This document shows positions 36,082 to 45,593 of a stretch of 64,000 nt of DNA, piece by piece. The stretch comes from Thermococcus sp. (GTDB lineage Archaea; Methanobacteriota_B; Thermococci; Thermococcales; Thermococcaceae): contig NZ_JALUFF010000081.1 in the NCBI RefSeq assembly GCF_027052235.1, positions 5,136 through 69,135 on the forward strand, read 5' to 3'. The notes beneath the pieces are model-generated. The model did no database searches. It was not told where the DNA came from and saw only the letters and a program-made list of their open reading frames with translations. The translations under genes and the position numbers were made by a program. Numbering within the stretch: the first letter of the stretch is position 1; each line of letters starts with the position of its first letter.

Positions 36082-38049
36082 TCAAAGCTCCCTAAAGCGG
36101 AGCCTGAAGCGTAGCTCCTCCTCCAGCGGGAACAGCAAAGTATAGCTGACGCCCTGCTGGATGAAGTCCCAGCCTGCCTCGCTCTGGCTGAGAGTTTTTA
36201 TCGGGTACTTCCACACCCTAGCCTTCCTGTCGAGCTCTATCCTTGCCCTGCCAATGCCGTAGGGGTCGTTGACCTCAAAGCTCTCGGCCTCGAATTCAGC
36301 CGGTTCTTCCATGACGCTGTGGACGGCTAAGTTGAGCTCGACCCCGAAGAGGGCTTTAGCATCGCTCCTTACGGTGTAGTCAACGACGAGGCCATCTTCG
36401 CTTATCCTGACTGACTTCTCGACACGGGCTGGCTTTTTGGCAACAGTCCCGTCCCTCTCAAGGGTCACTCCGTTCTCAAAGAGGCTGAAGTCGTAGGGCC
36501 CGGTGAGGAAGTCCCCAAGCTCCAGATAGCGGTTGAGCCTGTACTCGTCGAGGGTCGTCTCCGGCTCTATGAAGTGGTCCTGGAGGATGGCCCTCAGGTG
36601 GTTGTCGTATGCTAGCTCACGCCTTATCTCGTCGGGAATCTGCTTTCCGAGCTCGTGTATGCTGGCAACGCCCTCGTCGCCCTCCTCCTCCGGTGTCGCA
36701 GCCTCTGGAACCTCGTGGTAGTGCTCCCATCTTCTAGCCAAAACGTCGTTGTAGTTGACGGCCTTTCTCTTTGAGCTGAACTCGAAGAGCGCCCCACCGT
36801 AGGCAGGCTTGAATACTGCATAGAAGTTTTCGTTCTCCAGGAAAACCTCTTCCCTGCCATCGAAGTCTATGTCCCTAACGAAGCTTCCAGTGGAAACGAA
36901 GGTGTTGGCCTTTATGATGTTCTCCCACACGGCCCTTCTTAAGTGCGGTAGGTAAACTCCGCCGAAGACGCCGTGCCAGTAGGCGTCGTTGCACTGGGCC
37001 TTGAAGACGAACTTCCTCGCTTCAGGGTTCTCTCTAGTGAGTTTGCTCACCATCAGCATTCTCTTGTGCATGTAGTTGCTCTCCGGGTACTTGAAGAAGA
37101 AGTTCTTCCAGATGCCACCGCGGACAAAAACCCTGTACTTCTCGAACTTTTTCTCCCTCTTGAGCTCCTCGACGAACTCAACGAAGAGCTTCGCCTGCTT
37201 TGCAGGCAAAGACCACTCGCTCATCTCGAAGTAGGAAGCTATCGGGAGGTAGACGAGGCCCTTCGGCCTGAAGCGGGAAAGATACTCGGAGTAAAGCATC
37301 AGGTTAATTCTCTCATCGCTTGAAAGTCTGTCAAAGAACTCCTTAAGCCAGCCCTTCTCGTAGACCCACTCATAGGTTCCCGGCCAGACGCCGAACTTCT
37401 CGCCGTCGTCGTGAAATACAGCCACCTTGCTCTCGTCGCCGTCCTCAAGGCTGTGGAGGTACTCAAGTGTCTTCTCAACCGGGCGGAAGGGGATGAGATA
37501 GCGGAGCTTCTCATCAATCGGGAAGACCGCTATGACCTCTCCACCGTCCTCGGTGTAGTAGGGCCAGAAGAGTTCTTCCTTAGATAAGCCCGCGCTCATG
37601 AAGTGGTAATCGTCAACTATGACGTACTCTATTCCAGCAGCGCGGAGGCTCTTCACCAGCTCTGGCTGCCAGACGCGCTCGGTGAGCCATACCCCCTTGG
37701 CATCGTAGCCGAGCTTTTTGGCAAAGTCCTTCAGCAGGTTTATCTGCTCTATCCTGTCCTCCTTTGGTATTGATGCCAAAACCGGCTCGTAGAATCCAGC
37801 GACCACTATCTCAAGCTGACCCCTCTTAACGAGTGACCGGAGGAGGTCGATGTGCTCCGGCCTGTTTTCCGCTATCCACTCAAGGAGCGGGCCCGAGTAG
37901 TGCACGGCAACCTTCATGTTGGGATAATTCTCCAGCGTCTCCATGAAGGACCTGTAGGACCTTTCGTAAGCGCTCTCCATTACCCATCCGAAATTGCCAA
38001 GGGGCTGATGGTTGTGTATTCCGAAGATGAAGTTCACCATTACGACCAC
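36082..38049 (-). CDS. 4-alpha-glucanotransferase, GH57
   Basis: HNHQP, WLTERVW (nucleophile Glu), DDGEKFG (acid/base Asp), AQCNDAYWHG. Confidence 0.95.
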   Translation of the reverse strand: MVVMVNFIFGIHNHQPLGNFGWVMESAYERSYRSFMETLENYPNMKVAVHYSGPLLEWIAENRPEHIDLLRSLVKRGQLEIVVAGFYEPVLASIPKEDRIEQINLLKDFAKKLGYDAKGVWLTERVWQPELVKSLRAAGIEYVIVDDYHFMSAGLSKEELFWPYYTEDGGEVIAVFPIDEKLRYLIPFRPVEKTLEYLHSLEDGDESKVAVFHDDGEKFGVWPGTYEWVYEKGWLKEFFDRLSSDERINLMLYSEYLSRFRPKGLVYLPIASYFEMSEWSLPAKQAKLFVEFVEELKREKKFEKYRVFVRGGIWKNFFFKYPESNYMHKRMLMVSKLTRENPEARKFVFKAQCNDAYWHGVFGGVYLPHLRRAVWENIIKANTFVSTGSFVRDIDFDGREEVFLENENFYAVFKPAYGGALFEFSSKRKAVNYNDVLARRWEHYHEVPEAATPEEEGDEGVASIHELGKQIPDEIRRELAYDNHLRAILQDHFIEPETTLDEYRLNRYLELGDFLTGPYDFSLFENGVTLERDGTVAKKPARVEKSVRISEDGLVVDYTVRSDAKALFGVELNLAVHSVMEEPAEFEAESFEVNDPYGIGRARIELDRKARVWKYPIKTLSQSEAGWDFIQQGVSYTLLFPLEEELRFRLRFREL

Positions 38050-38059
38050 CCACAGATGT

Positions 38060-38076
38060 TATCACTGGGGGTGATA
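38060..38076. promoter_or_regulatory. Thermococcales glycolytic motif (TGM, TrmBL1/Tgr site)
   Basis: Exact TATCAC-TGGGG-GTGATA, downstream of the minus-strand TATA of the GH57 gene. Confidence 0.9.
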
Positions 38077-38110
38077 TGACTGGAAAGGCATATAAACCTT
38101 TCCACCATAT

Positions 38111-38127
38111 AATCACCACCGGTGAAT
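38111..38127. promoter_or_regulatory. Degenerate TGM for the divergent secreted protein
   Basis: AATCAC-CACCG-GTGAAT, downstream of the plus-strand TATA CATATAAA (38089-96). Confidence 0.65.
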
Positions 38128-38156
38128 TCAAAACACCCTCAATGAAGGGATAACGG

Positions 38157-41100
38157 GTGGTTGTGATGAAGAAAGCGGTGGCAACCTTTTTGGCCCTGGT
38201 TCTCCTGTTGAGCCTTTTACCCGCGACCAAGTTCGCCAGCGCGAGGGAAGGTTCGAAGATAATCGACGGAAATCTGAACGACTGGACACCCTCTGACCTC
38301 GTTGCAATCGGCAGGGACAACGGGCAGGCAGGGGCAAACCTCGGAAAGCTCTACGTTGCTTGGGATGACCAGTACCTCTACATAGCGGTAGAGACCAACA
38401 ACACCGCCAGCTGGGACGTTGCATACGGTTTCGGAATAGACGTTGACCCCGGTGCCGGAACCGGCTACAACGGAACCAGCGACGCGTGGGGAAGGAAGGT
38501 CGGCTTCACCAGCGGCTTCGGCCTTGAGTACGAACTCTACTTCTGGTGGAGCGGAAGTTCGGGAATGGGCACGGACAACTTCATAACGTGGACTGGAAGC
38601 GGATGGGACTACAAGAGCCTCGCGGATGTTGGGGCGAAGTTCGCTTACACCGGCGACACCTCAACGGGCCTCAAAACCCTTGAGATAGCAATTCCCTGGT
38701 CTGCCATAGGCGGAATGCCCAAGAAAGTGGCCGTAATGTCGTGGATTACCGGCAGTGGCGGTTCTGCCGTTGACAGCCTCCCCGTTGGCCCGGCAATAAA
38801 CTACTCGGACATAGGTTCCGAGTGGGGAGACACCGACGTTTTCTCCAACATGGCCGTCGTTGCGGTCGGCCCGAAGACCATAGACGGCAACCTGAGCGAC
38901 TGGAGCGGTACTGAGCTCGTTGCTGAAGACGTCAACGGGACTGGAGTTCCGGGAGGAAACCTGACCAAGTTCTACGTCTCCTGGGACAAGAACTACCTCT
39001 ACCTTGCGATAGAGACCAACAACACCGCCAACTGGGGAATGGCCTACGGCTTTGGAATCGACGTTGACCCCGGAACGGGGAACGGCTACACCTCTGGCGG
39101 GGACGCCTGGGGAAGGAGCATCGAGTTCGGAAACGGCTTTGCCGTTGACTACGAGGTCTACTTCTGGTGGGACGACAGCAGTGCCTCGATAACAGCCGCC
39201 CAGCTCAACACCTATAACGGTGGTTGGGATTACCCGAGCCTTGAGAGCAAGGGCGGAAAGTACGCCTACACGGGCGACTCAAGCAGGGGACTTAAGACCC
39301 TTGAGGTGGCCATTCCCTGGTCTGCCATAGGCGGAAAGCCGAAGAGCTTCGCCGTTTCCGCGTGGATTACAGGGGGAAGTGGCTCGGCCGTTGACGTACT
39401 CCCGCAGGAGAGCGTTGCGAGGGACAGCGGTGACGAGTGGAGCGACACCGACGTCATAACCGAGATGTCAACACTCAGCATCTTCATACCTGCCCCTGAG
39501 CTGGTTCCTCTCCTTGAAGGTCCGACCGTCGTTGGCCTCAACAGGGTGGCCCACTACACCCTCACGGTCAAGAACCTGGGTTCTCTCACCGCCGAGAACT
39601 TCAGCGTTGTCGTCTACGTTGACAACACAACCTTCGGTGAGTGGAACCTCACCCTCGGCCCGAGCGAGGAGAAGGTCATCCCCTTCAACCTCACCTTCAG
39701 CCAGCTCGGCGATCACGAGATTAGGGCCGTCGTCGACCCCGACAACAGGATAAGCGAGGTCGACGAGACCAACAACGTGGCGGTTCTCAACGTTCAGGTC
39801 ATATGGGTCGGGAAGGTAGACGTCGACGGAAGCCCGGACGACTGGCCCAAGTGGACGCTTAAGGACAACACCTTCCTCGTCCAGAACGGCTACTTCATCT
39901 GGAAGGATGCAATGAACGACCAGAGGCACGACAAAGACCCATACCTTCCGGGCAGGAGCTCAGCCCACGCGGACCTCACAGAGGTTGGCGTCAGCAAGGA
40001 CGATAAGTACGTCTACTTCCTCTTCGAGTTCCAGAACATGAGCAACATCAAGATAGGGCAGAACGGGGCAACGCTCATAGCGGTTCCCATCGACTTCAAG
40101 AAGGGCGGTAGCAACGAGTTCGCCGCGGAGCTCGACACACTCACAGCCATAAGCTGGGACCTTCAGTTCGTGGTCAACCTCGGCGGTGATGAGCACAAAG
40201 GCGAGACGAGCGTCGTCGTTACACCGGGGACGAGCGTTAAGTCGCTCTTCTACATCCTCATGCCAGACGGGAGCATGATAACGCCGGAAGGTGCGCTGAT
40301 GGGTGTTGACCTCTCGAAGAACACCGTCGAGGTTAGACTACCCCTCTCGCTCTTCGAAGGCCACACCGAGTTCAAGTTCCAGGTCGCGACGGGCTTCAGC
40401 TACGGCCCAGCCGTCTGGAACTTCGGAAACGACTTCGCCAACGACAACATACCTGACGTCGTTGACACCGTAAGCCCCGGTCCGACGCTTAACGCCTTCA
40501 CAAACAACGTCCTCGACTACTACGTCGAGATAAAGATGAACAACGTCGTGGAGAGCGCCAAGGTGACGACGATTGAGGAAGAGAGGCGCCAGCTGGCCCG
40601 GGACACTTTCTTTGCCATAGCCAAGTACTACTCGCCGAAGAGATTCGAGCAGAACTACAAGACCTACCTCAGGCTGATGCAGGAGATAGAGAAGTACAAG
40701 CCCTCGGGAAGCACCGCCGAGGAGCTGGAGAAGATAAACTCCGAGGTAGAGAAGCTTAGGCTCAGGTACGAGCTCGGAATGAAGTACCTCGAACAGTACG
40801 GAACCCTCACCGGAGCTATAAGGATATACAGCGCGAACCTTGACCTCAGCCGTATAATCAGAAGACTCCAGAGCATCCTCAAGGCCCTCCAGAGCGGTGA
40901 GCTTGAGAAGAAGAAGCACATGGAGGAGCTCGCCAAGAAGCTCACCAAGAACATCGACGGCAACCTCGACGACTGGAACGTCCAGCCGGTGGCGGTCGAT
41001 GAGAAGAACTTTGGACAGGACGGTGCAGACCTGAAGGCCCTTTACGTCGACTACGACGACAACTTCCTCTACATAGCCCTGACGACCAACAACAAGGCCT

Positions 41101-41570
41101 CGTGGAGGATTGCCTACGGAATAGCCCTCGACTACAAGGACGGTGGCTACACCACCGGACAGGACAGCTGGGGCAAGAAGATGAGCTTCACCAGGGGAAT
41201 AGATGCGGAGCTGTACTTCTTCTGGAACGGGGAGTTCTTCGGAAGCCCGGGAACAGACAACATAACGACCGCCCAGATAGCCATCTGGAACGGTGAAGGC
41301 TGGGACTACGAGGATCTCAAGTGGGTTGGCTTCTACGCCTACACCGGAGGAAGCAACGGACTGCAGACGCTTGAGATAGCGATTCCGTGGAGTGCCCTCG
41401 GAGGAAAGCCGGCAGAGGTCTCGCTCGTCGCCTACATCACCGGACAGGGAGTCGGCGACTCCGCGGTCGATGCCCTCCCGGACCAGCCTGCAATCCACGA
41501 CAAGGACCCAGGTCAGGAGTGGACAGATGCAGATGAGTTCACGAACTTCGTGACCGTTTCGATTTCCTGA
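38157..41570 (+). CDS. Large secreted protein with repeated DOMON/CBM9-like modules and a CARDB domain; probable starch-binding protein
   Basis: Signal peptide; three IDGNL.DW...LEIAIPWSA.GG modules, one divergent VDVDGSPDDW module, CARDB motif VDPDNRISEVDETNN, helical linker. Confidence 0.75.
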   Translation: MVVMKKAVATFLALVLLLSLLPATKFASAREGSKIIDGNLNDWTPSDLVAIGRDNGQAGANLGKLYVAWDDQYLYIAVETNNTASWDVAYGFGIDVDPGAGTGYNGTSDAWGRKVGFTSGFGLEYELYFWWSGSSGMGTDNFITWTGSGWDYKSLADVGAKFAYTGDTSTGLKTLEIAIPWSAIGGMPKKVAVMSWITGSGGSAVDSLPVGPAINYSDIGSEWGDTDVFSNMAVVAVGPKTIDGNLSDWSGTELVAEDVNGTGVPGGNLTKFYVSWDKNYLYLAIETNNTANWGMAYGFGIDVDPGTGNGYTSGGDAWGRSIEFGNGFAVDYEVYFWWDDSSASITAAQLNTYNGGWDYPSLESKGGKYAYTGDSSRGLKTLEVAIPWSAIGGKPKSFAVSAWITGGSGSAVDVLPQESVARDSGDEWSDTDVITEMSTLSIFIPAPELVPLLEGPTVVGLNRVAHYTLTVKNLGSLTAENFSVVVYVDNTTFGEWNLTLGPSEEKVIPFNLTFSQLGDHEIRAVVDPDNRISEVDETNNVAVLNVQVIWVGKVDVDGSPDDWPKWTLKDNTFLVQNGYFIWKDAMNDQRHDKDPYLPGRSSAHADLTEVGVSKDDKYVYFLFEFQNMSNIKIGQNGATLIAVPIDFKKGGSNEFAAELDTLTAISWDLQFVVNLGGDEHKGETSVVVTPGTSVKSLFYILMPDGSMITPEGALMGVDLSKNTVEVRLPLSLFEGHTEFKFQVATGFSYGPAVWNFGNDFANDNIPDVVDTVSPGPTLNAFTNNVLDYYVEIKMNNVVESAKVTTIEEERRQLARDTFFAIAKYYSPKRFEQNYKTYLRLMQEIEKYKPSGSTAEELEKINSEVEKLRLRYELGMKYLEQYGTLTGAIRIYSANLDLSRIIRRLQSILKALQSGELEKKKHMEELAKKLTKNIDGNLDDWNVQPVAVDEKNFGQDGADLKALYVDYDDNFLYIALTTNNKASWRIAYGIALDYKDGGYTTGQDSWGKKMSFTRGIDAELYFFWNGEFFGSPGTDNITTAQIAIWNGEGWDYEDLKWVGFYAYTGGSNGLQTLEIAIPWSALGGKPAEVSLVAYITGQGVGDSAVDALPDQPAIHDKDPGQEWTDADEFTNFVTVSIS

Positions 41571-41586
41571 CCCCCTCTCTCTTTTC

Positions 41587-42210
41587 TCAGAGGAGTGAGA
41601 GCAGGTAGAGGGTAAGCGCGACGGCCAGCTGGTTCGAGAAGTTGTCATCGGGCGGGAGGTTGTAGAACTCGACAACAGTACCGGCCAGAGAACCTATAAG
41701 CGCCCCCAGCGGGCCCACAAGGGGGATCAGTATCGCAAGTCCTGTGAGAAAGTATGCGAGACTTCCCTCAACGCTTTTCCCGTTTGAAAAGCGGTGCCTT
41801 CCATGGCTTTTGCCGATTATAGCGGCAAGGGCATCGCCGAGCGTCGCGAGGGCTATTGCCCCGACGGCTATCCTCGTGGAAAAGAAGTAGACCACGATGA
41901 AGGATGCAGCTGCAAAGTATATATGGGCCGCGACGCGCTCCCTCTCGTGGGGCCTCGTTATCTCGTCTATGTGCCTCTCAAGCCTTTCCACGTGCTCCGC
42001 AAGTTCAGGAGGGGCGTAGAGATGCAGCCTCCTGAGGACTTCCTCACGCCATCCCTCTATAACCCTGAAGGGCTCCAGAGCAACGAAGACCGCAAAGGCC
42101 GTGCCAACGAATATCAGCGTCGCGTTCCTGCCCAGGAGGAGGTAGATTATCGGAACTGTAAGGCCTGTCAGATGGAGGGCCTTGCGCTTAAGTTCGCTTT
42201 TCATGCTCAC
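41587..42210 (-). CDS. Dolichol/phytol-kinase (cytidylyltransferase-like) membrane protein
   Basis: RKALHL, LGDALAAIIGK, GKSVEGS, DDNF. Confidence 0.85.
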   Translation of the reverse strand: MSMKSELKRKALHLTGLTVPIIYLLLGRNATLIFVGTAFAVFVALEPFRVIEGWREEVLRRLHLYAPPELAEHVERLERHIDEITRPHERERVAAHIYFAAASFIVVYFFSTRIAVGAIALATLGDALAAIIGKSHGRHRFSNGKSVEGSLAYFLTGLAILIPLVGPLGALIGSLAGTVVEFYNLPPDDNFSNQLAVALTLYLLSLL

Positions 42211-42877
42211 GCCTTATCACCTCCAGAGCCTCAAGGAGGTTCCCAACAACGTAGTCGGCGAAGCGACTCTTTCTGGAGCGGTAGTAGCCCCGCCTTACGA
42301 GTATCGTTGTTGCCCCGATTGACTTCCCGCCCCTCATGTCGGTCTCGTCCCTGTCACCTATAACATAGACCTCCTCATCCGGAAACCTCTCCAGGGCCAG
42401 CCGAAAGTTGTAGTCTTCGAGCTTGCTGTGACCGGTTTCGCCGCTTATTATAACCCCGTCAAGGTAATCACCTATGCCGAGGAACTCTATCTTCCTCCTC
42501 TGCCACCGGGTTGAGGAGTCGGTTATCAGGACTATTCTGGCTCCAAGCTCCTTCAGGCCCCTGAGGAATGGGATGGAATCGGGGTAGAGGCGGAGGTGTT
42601 TGAAGAACAGCTCCTCTATTTTCTGCGAGAAGTAGCTCACATCTTCCTCACTTACGTCGCCGTAAACCCTCCTCAGGATGAGCCCGACGAGCTCCTCAAA
42701 GTCGAGCATGTGGGCCTTTTCGCTTCCCTCAAGCTCCCTGAATTTACCAGTAAGGACGTAGAGAACGGCCCTCACCTTACCCCTCCTGAGAAAGGTGGGG
42801 ATTGACGCGAGTATCGTCCTCTTTCCTGCCTCCCATGTGTTGCAGAGGGTGTCGTCGAGGTCAAGGAGGACGAGCAT
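42188..42877 (-). CDS. HAD-superfamily hydrolase
   Basis: DLDDT motif I, ITDS, K, GDRDETD. Confidence 0.9.
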   Translation of the reverse strand: MLVLLDLDDTLCNTWEAGKRTILASIPTFLRRGKVRAVLYVLTGKFRELEGSEKAHMLDFEELVGLILRRVYGDVSEEDVSYFSQKIEELFFKHLRLYPDSIPFLRGLKELGARIVLITDSSTRWQRRKIEFLGIGDYLDGVIISGETGHSKLEDYNFRLALERFPDEEVYVIGDRDETDMRGGKSIGATTILVRRGYYRSRKSRFADYVVGNLLEALEVIRREHEKRT

Positions 42878-42949
42878 GATAGCTTCTCTCCCGGGAAGCT
42901 TTAAACCCTTCCGGTGGGAAAGCTTAAAAATAACCGGCTGAAGGGAAGA

Positions 42950-43195
42950 ATGATGAGGGGGGAAGAACTCATACTGGCCGGCATGGCTCTGATATTCACT
43001 GGCTTTCTCCTAATATTCATTGGAACGCTCCTCTCGGCCACCGGGGAGGCCGAGGTCGAGGGCGGAGGAGTCATAATGATAGGCCCAATCCCGATAGTCT
43101 TCGGAACCGGAAGGGGAGTAACGATAGCAATGATCCTCGCGGTTGTTCTGATGGCCCTCTGGATAGTAGGTGCTCTCCTAGCTAGGAGGGGATGA
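42950..43195 (+). CDS. DUF131/TIGR00304-type small membrane protein
   Basis: EGGGVIMIGPIPIVFGT signature. Confidence 0.85.
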   Translation: MMRGEELILAGMALIFTGFLLIFIGTLLSATGEAEVEGGGVIMIGPIPIVFGTGRGVTIAMILAVVLMALWIVGALLARRG

Positions 43196-43196
43196 C

Positions 43197-44375
43197 GTGG
43201 AGTTCCTTGCATCGCTGGCGATTCTCCTCGTCGTTGCAAAGAGCCTGGAATGGCTCTTCGAGAAGTTCGAGATTCATCCCATAATAGCCCACGTGCTAAC
43301 AGGTATAACCCTCGGCCCCTTCCTGCTGGGCATCATAGAGCCGAGTGAAGGGCTTGAGGTTCTAGCGGAGTTCGGTCTCATAATGATGATGCTCTACATG
43401 GGGCTGACGAGCAACTTCTCGGCGATAGCCCAGAACACGAAGAAAGCCATCGTTGTCGCCTCCCTGGGCGTTGCGTTCTCCTTCATCTTTGGCTTTCTCA
43501 CGGTCTACCTCTTCGGCAAGGGTCTGGCGGCAGCCATATTCGTCGGGGCCACACTCGGGAACACCGCCATAGAGGTCACAAGTGGCGTGCTCGTGAGGGA
43601 GAGGGTGAAAAGAGAAGTTTCGTCGATACTCATGGGAGCTGCCTTTGTTGACGACATCATAGCGGTCTATCTCATCGGCATAATCACGGGCATGAGCAGG
43701 GGAAGTCTTAACCCCGTTTCCTTCGGGGTGCTGACGGTAAAGATAATAGCCTTCATAGTGGCCACTTTACTCGTCTCAGAGCTCGTCTTCAAGCGCTCCC
43801 AGAGGTTCTACGCGATAGTAAGAAACCTCAACATCTTTTTCACCTTCACCCTCATACTCACCTTTACCCTCGCCATACTGGCCGAGTGGGTCGGCCTGAA
43901 CCAGATAATTGGGGCTTATCTGGCCGGTCTCACGATAAGCAGGCTGAGGGAGAGGAAAGACCCGCTGGTGATCACTAGGATAAAACTCAACGAGCTGATA
44001 GAAGACCTTCAGATTGTTCTAACGGAGTTTTTCATTCCCCTTTTCTTCATCTACGTGGGTCTTGAGTTCAACCCACCCCTTACAACCCTCAGTCTGAGCT
44101 TCATAATTCTCCTCTACGCCTCGGCAGTTCTGGGGAAGCTCCTCGGCTGTGGACTCGGGGCAAAGCTCTTCGGCCTGAGCTGGAGGGACTCCACACTCAT
44201 AGGAATCGGCATGGGTGGCAGGGGAAGCCTTGAGATGGCAATCCTGACTTTTGGACTGAGGAACGGGATAATAGACCAGGTGGTTTTCGCAAGTGTTATC
44301 ATGGTTTCGATGCTCACGGCACTGACAACGCCAATATTCTTCAGGGCGTACATAGAAAGGGCCTTAAAGGGGTGA
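43197..44375 (+). CDS. CPA2 cation:proton antiporter
   Basis: AAFVDD, FIYVGL, GRGSLE; about 12 TM. Confidence 0.9.
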   Translation: MEFLASLAILLVVAKSLEWLFEKFEIHPIIAHVLTGITLGPFLLGIIEPSEGLEVLAEFGLIMMMLYMGLTSNFSAIAQNTKKAIVVASLGVAFSFIFGFLTVYLFGKGLAAAIFVGATLGNTAIEVTSGVLVRERVKREVSSILMGAAFVDDIIAVYLIGIITGMSRGSLNPVSFGVLTVKIIAFIVATLLVSELVFKRSQRFYAIVRNLNIFFTFTLILTFTLAILAEWVGLNQIIGAYLAGLTISRLRERKDPLVITRIKLNELIEDLQIVLTEFFIPLFFIYVGLEFNPPLTTLSLSFIILLYASAVLGKLLGCGLGAKLFGLSWRDSTLIGIGMGGRGSLEMAILTFGLRNGIIDQVVFASVIMVSMLTALTTPIFFRAYIERALKG

Positions 44376-44398
44376 GGAGGACGACCGTCGGTGGAAGG

Positions 44399-45553
44399 AT
44401 GTTTCCGGAGAGGGGAAGCGGAGAGGATGAAGTGCTGAGGGAACTGGAGGAGAAGACTAAGGAAGACCTGACCTTCGACTCGGGCAAGATTTTAGGTTCC
44501 ATGTGCACCTACCCGCATCCTCTAGCCATCAAAGTTGTTACGATGTACATAGACAGGAACCTCGGAGACCCCGGTTTACACGTCGGGAGCCATGAGATTG
44601 AGAGAGAAGCCGTTGAGATGCTGGCAAACCTCCTCGGCCTTGAGAAAGGCTACGGCCACATAGTCTCTGGAGGAACCGAGGCGAACATTTTAGCTGTAAG
44701 AGCCTTCAGAAACCTGAGCGATGCTGAAAAGCCGGAGCTCATCCTTCCGGAGAGCGCCCACTTCTCCTTCATAAAAGCTGGAGAGATGCTCGGCGTTAAG
44801 CTAGTCTGGGCGAAGCTTAACGATGACTACACCGTCAACGTGAAGGACGTGGAGGAAAAGATTACGGACAACACGATAGGCATCGTAGGCATAGCGGGAA
44901 CGACAGGTTTGGGCGTTGTCGATGACATTCCCGCCCTGAGCGACCTCGCCTTGGACTATGACATCCCCCTCCACGTGGATGCTGCCTTCGGTGGCTTCGT
45001 GATTCCCTTCGCCAAGGCCCTCGGCTACAATATCCCGGATTTTGACTTCAGGCTGAAGGGTGTCAAGAGCATAACGATAGACCCCCACAAGATGGGTATG
45101 GTGCCGATCCCAGCAGGAGGAATAATCTTCCGCGAGAGGAAATACCTTGAGGCGATAAGCGTCCTCGCACCCTATTTGGCTGGGGGAAAGATATGGCAGG
45201 CTACAATAACGGGAACGAGGCCCGGAGCAAATGCTTTAGCGGTCTGGGCAATGATAAAGCACCTCGGCTTCGAGGGCTACAAGAAGATAGTGAGAACGGC
45301 AATGGAGCTCAGCAGATGGTTCGCGGGCGAGCTTAAGAAAATCCCCGGAGTTCACCTTATCCGCGAGCCAGTCCTGAACATTGTCTCATTCTCGACAAAA
45401 AACCTTGAGGAGGTCGAGAGGGAACTGAAAGAACGTGGCTGGGGCATAAGCGCTCACAGGGGCTATATCAGGATAGTCATGATGCCCCACGTGAGAAAAG
45501 AACATTTAGAGGAGTTTTTGAGGGATTTAAAGGAGACCATGGAGCGTTTGTGA
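44399..45553 (+). CDS. mfnA: PLP-dependent tyrosine/aspartate decarboxylase MfnA
   Basis: SGGTEAN, HVDAAFGG, IDPHKMG, TITGTRPG. Confidence 0.93.
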   Translation: MFPERGSGEDEVLRELEEKTKEDLTFDSGKILGSMCTYPHPLAIKVVTMYIDRNLGDPGLHVGSHEIEREAVEMLANLLGLEKGYGHIVSGGTEANILAVRAFRNLSDAEKPELILPESAHFSFIKAGEMLGVKLVWAKLNDDYTVNVKDVEEKITDNTIGIVGIAGTTGLGVVDDIPALSDLALDYDIPLHVDAAFGGFVIPFAKALGYNIPDFDFRLKGVKSITIDPHKMGMVPIPAGGIIFRERKYLEAISVLAPYLAGGKIWQATITGTRPGANALAVWAMIKHLGFEGYKKIVRTAMELSRWFAGELKKIPGVHLIREPVLNIVSFSTKNLEEVERELKERGWGISAHRGYIRIVMMPHVRKEHLEEFLRDLKETMERL

Positions 45554-45593
45554 GTCAACACCATACATCCGTCAAAAAAATAAAGAAAGGGCA

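Noticed and set aside
38260-41570. DNA repeats as a possible CRISPR array or mobile repeat
   Set aside because: The repeats are in-frame protein modules about 620 nt apart; I saw no CRISPR array or cas gene in the window
40338-41675. 445-aa minus-strand ORF
   Set aside because: Antisense to the secreted repeat protein; typical shadow of biased codon usage
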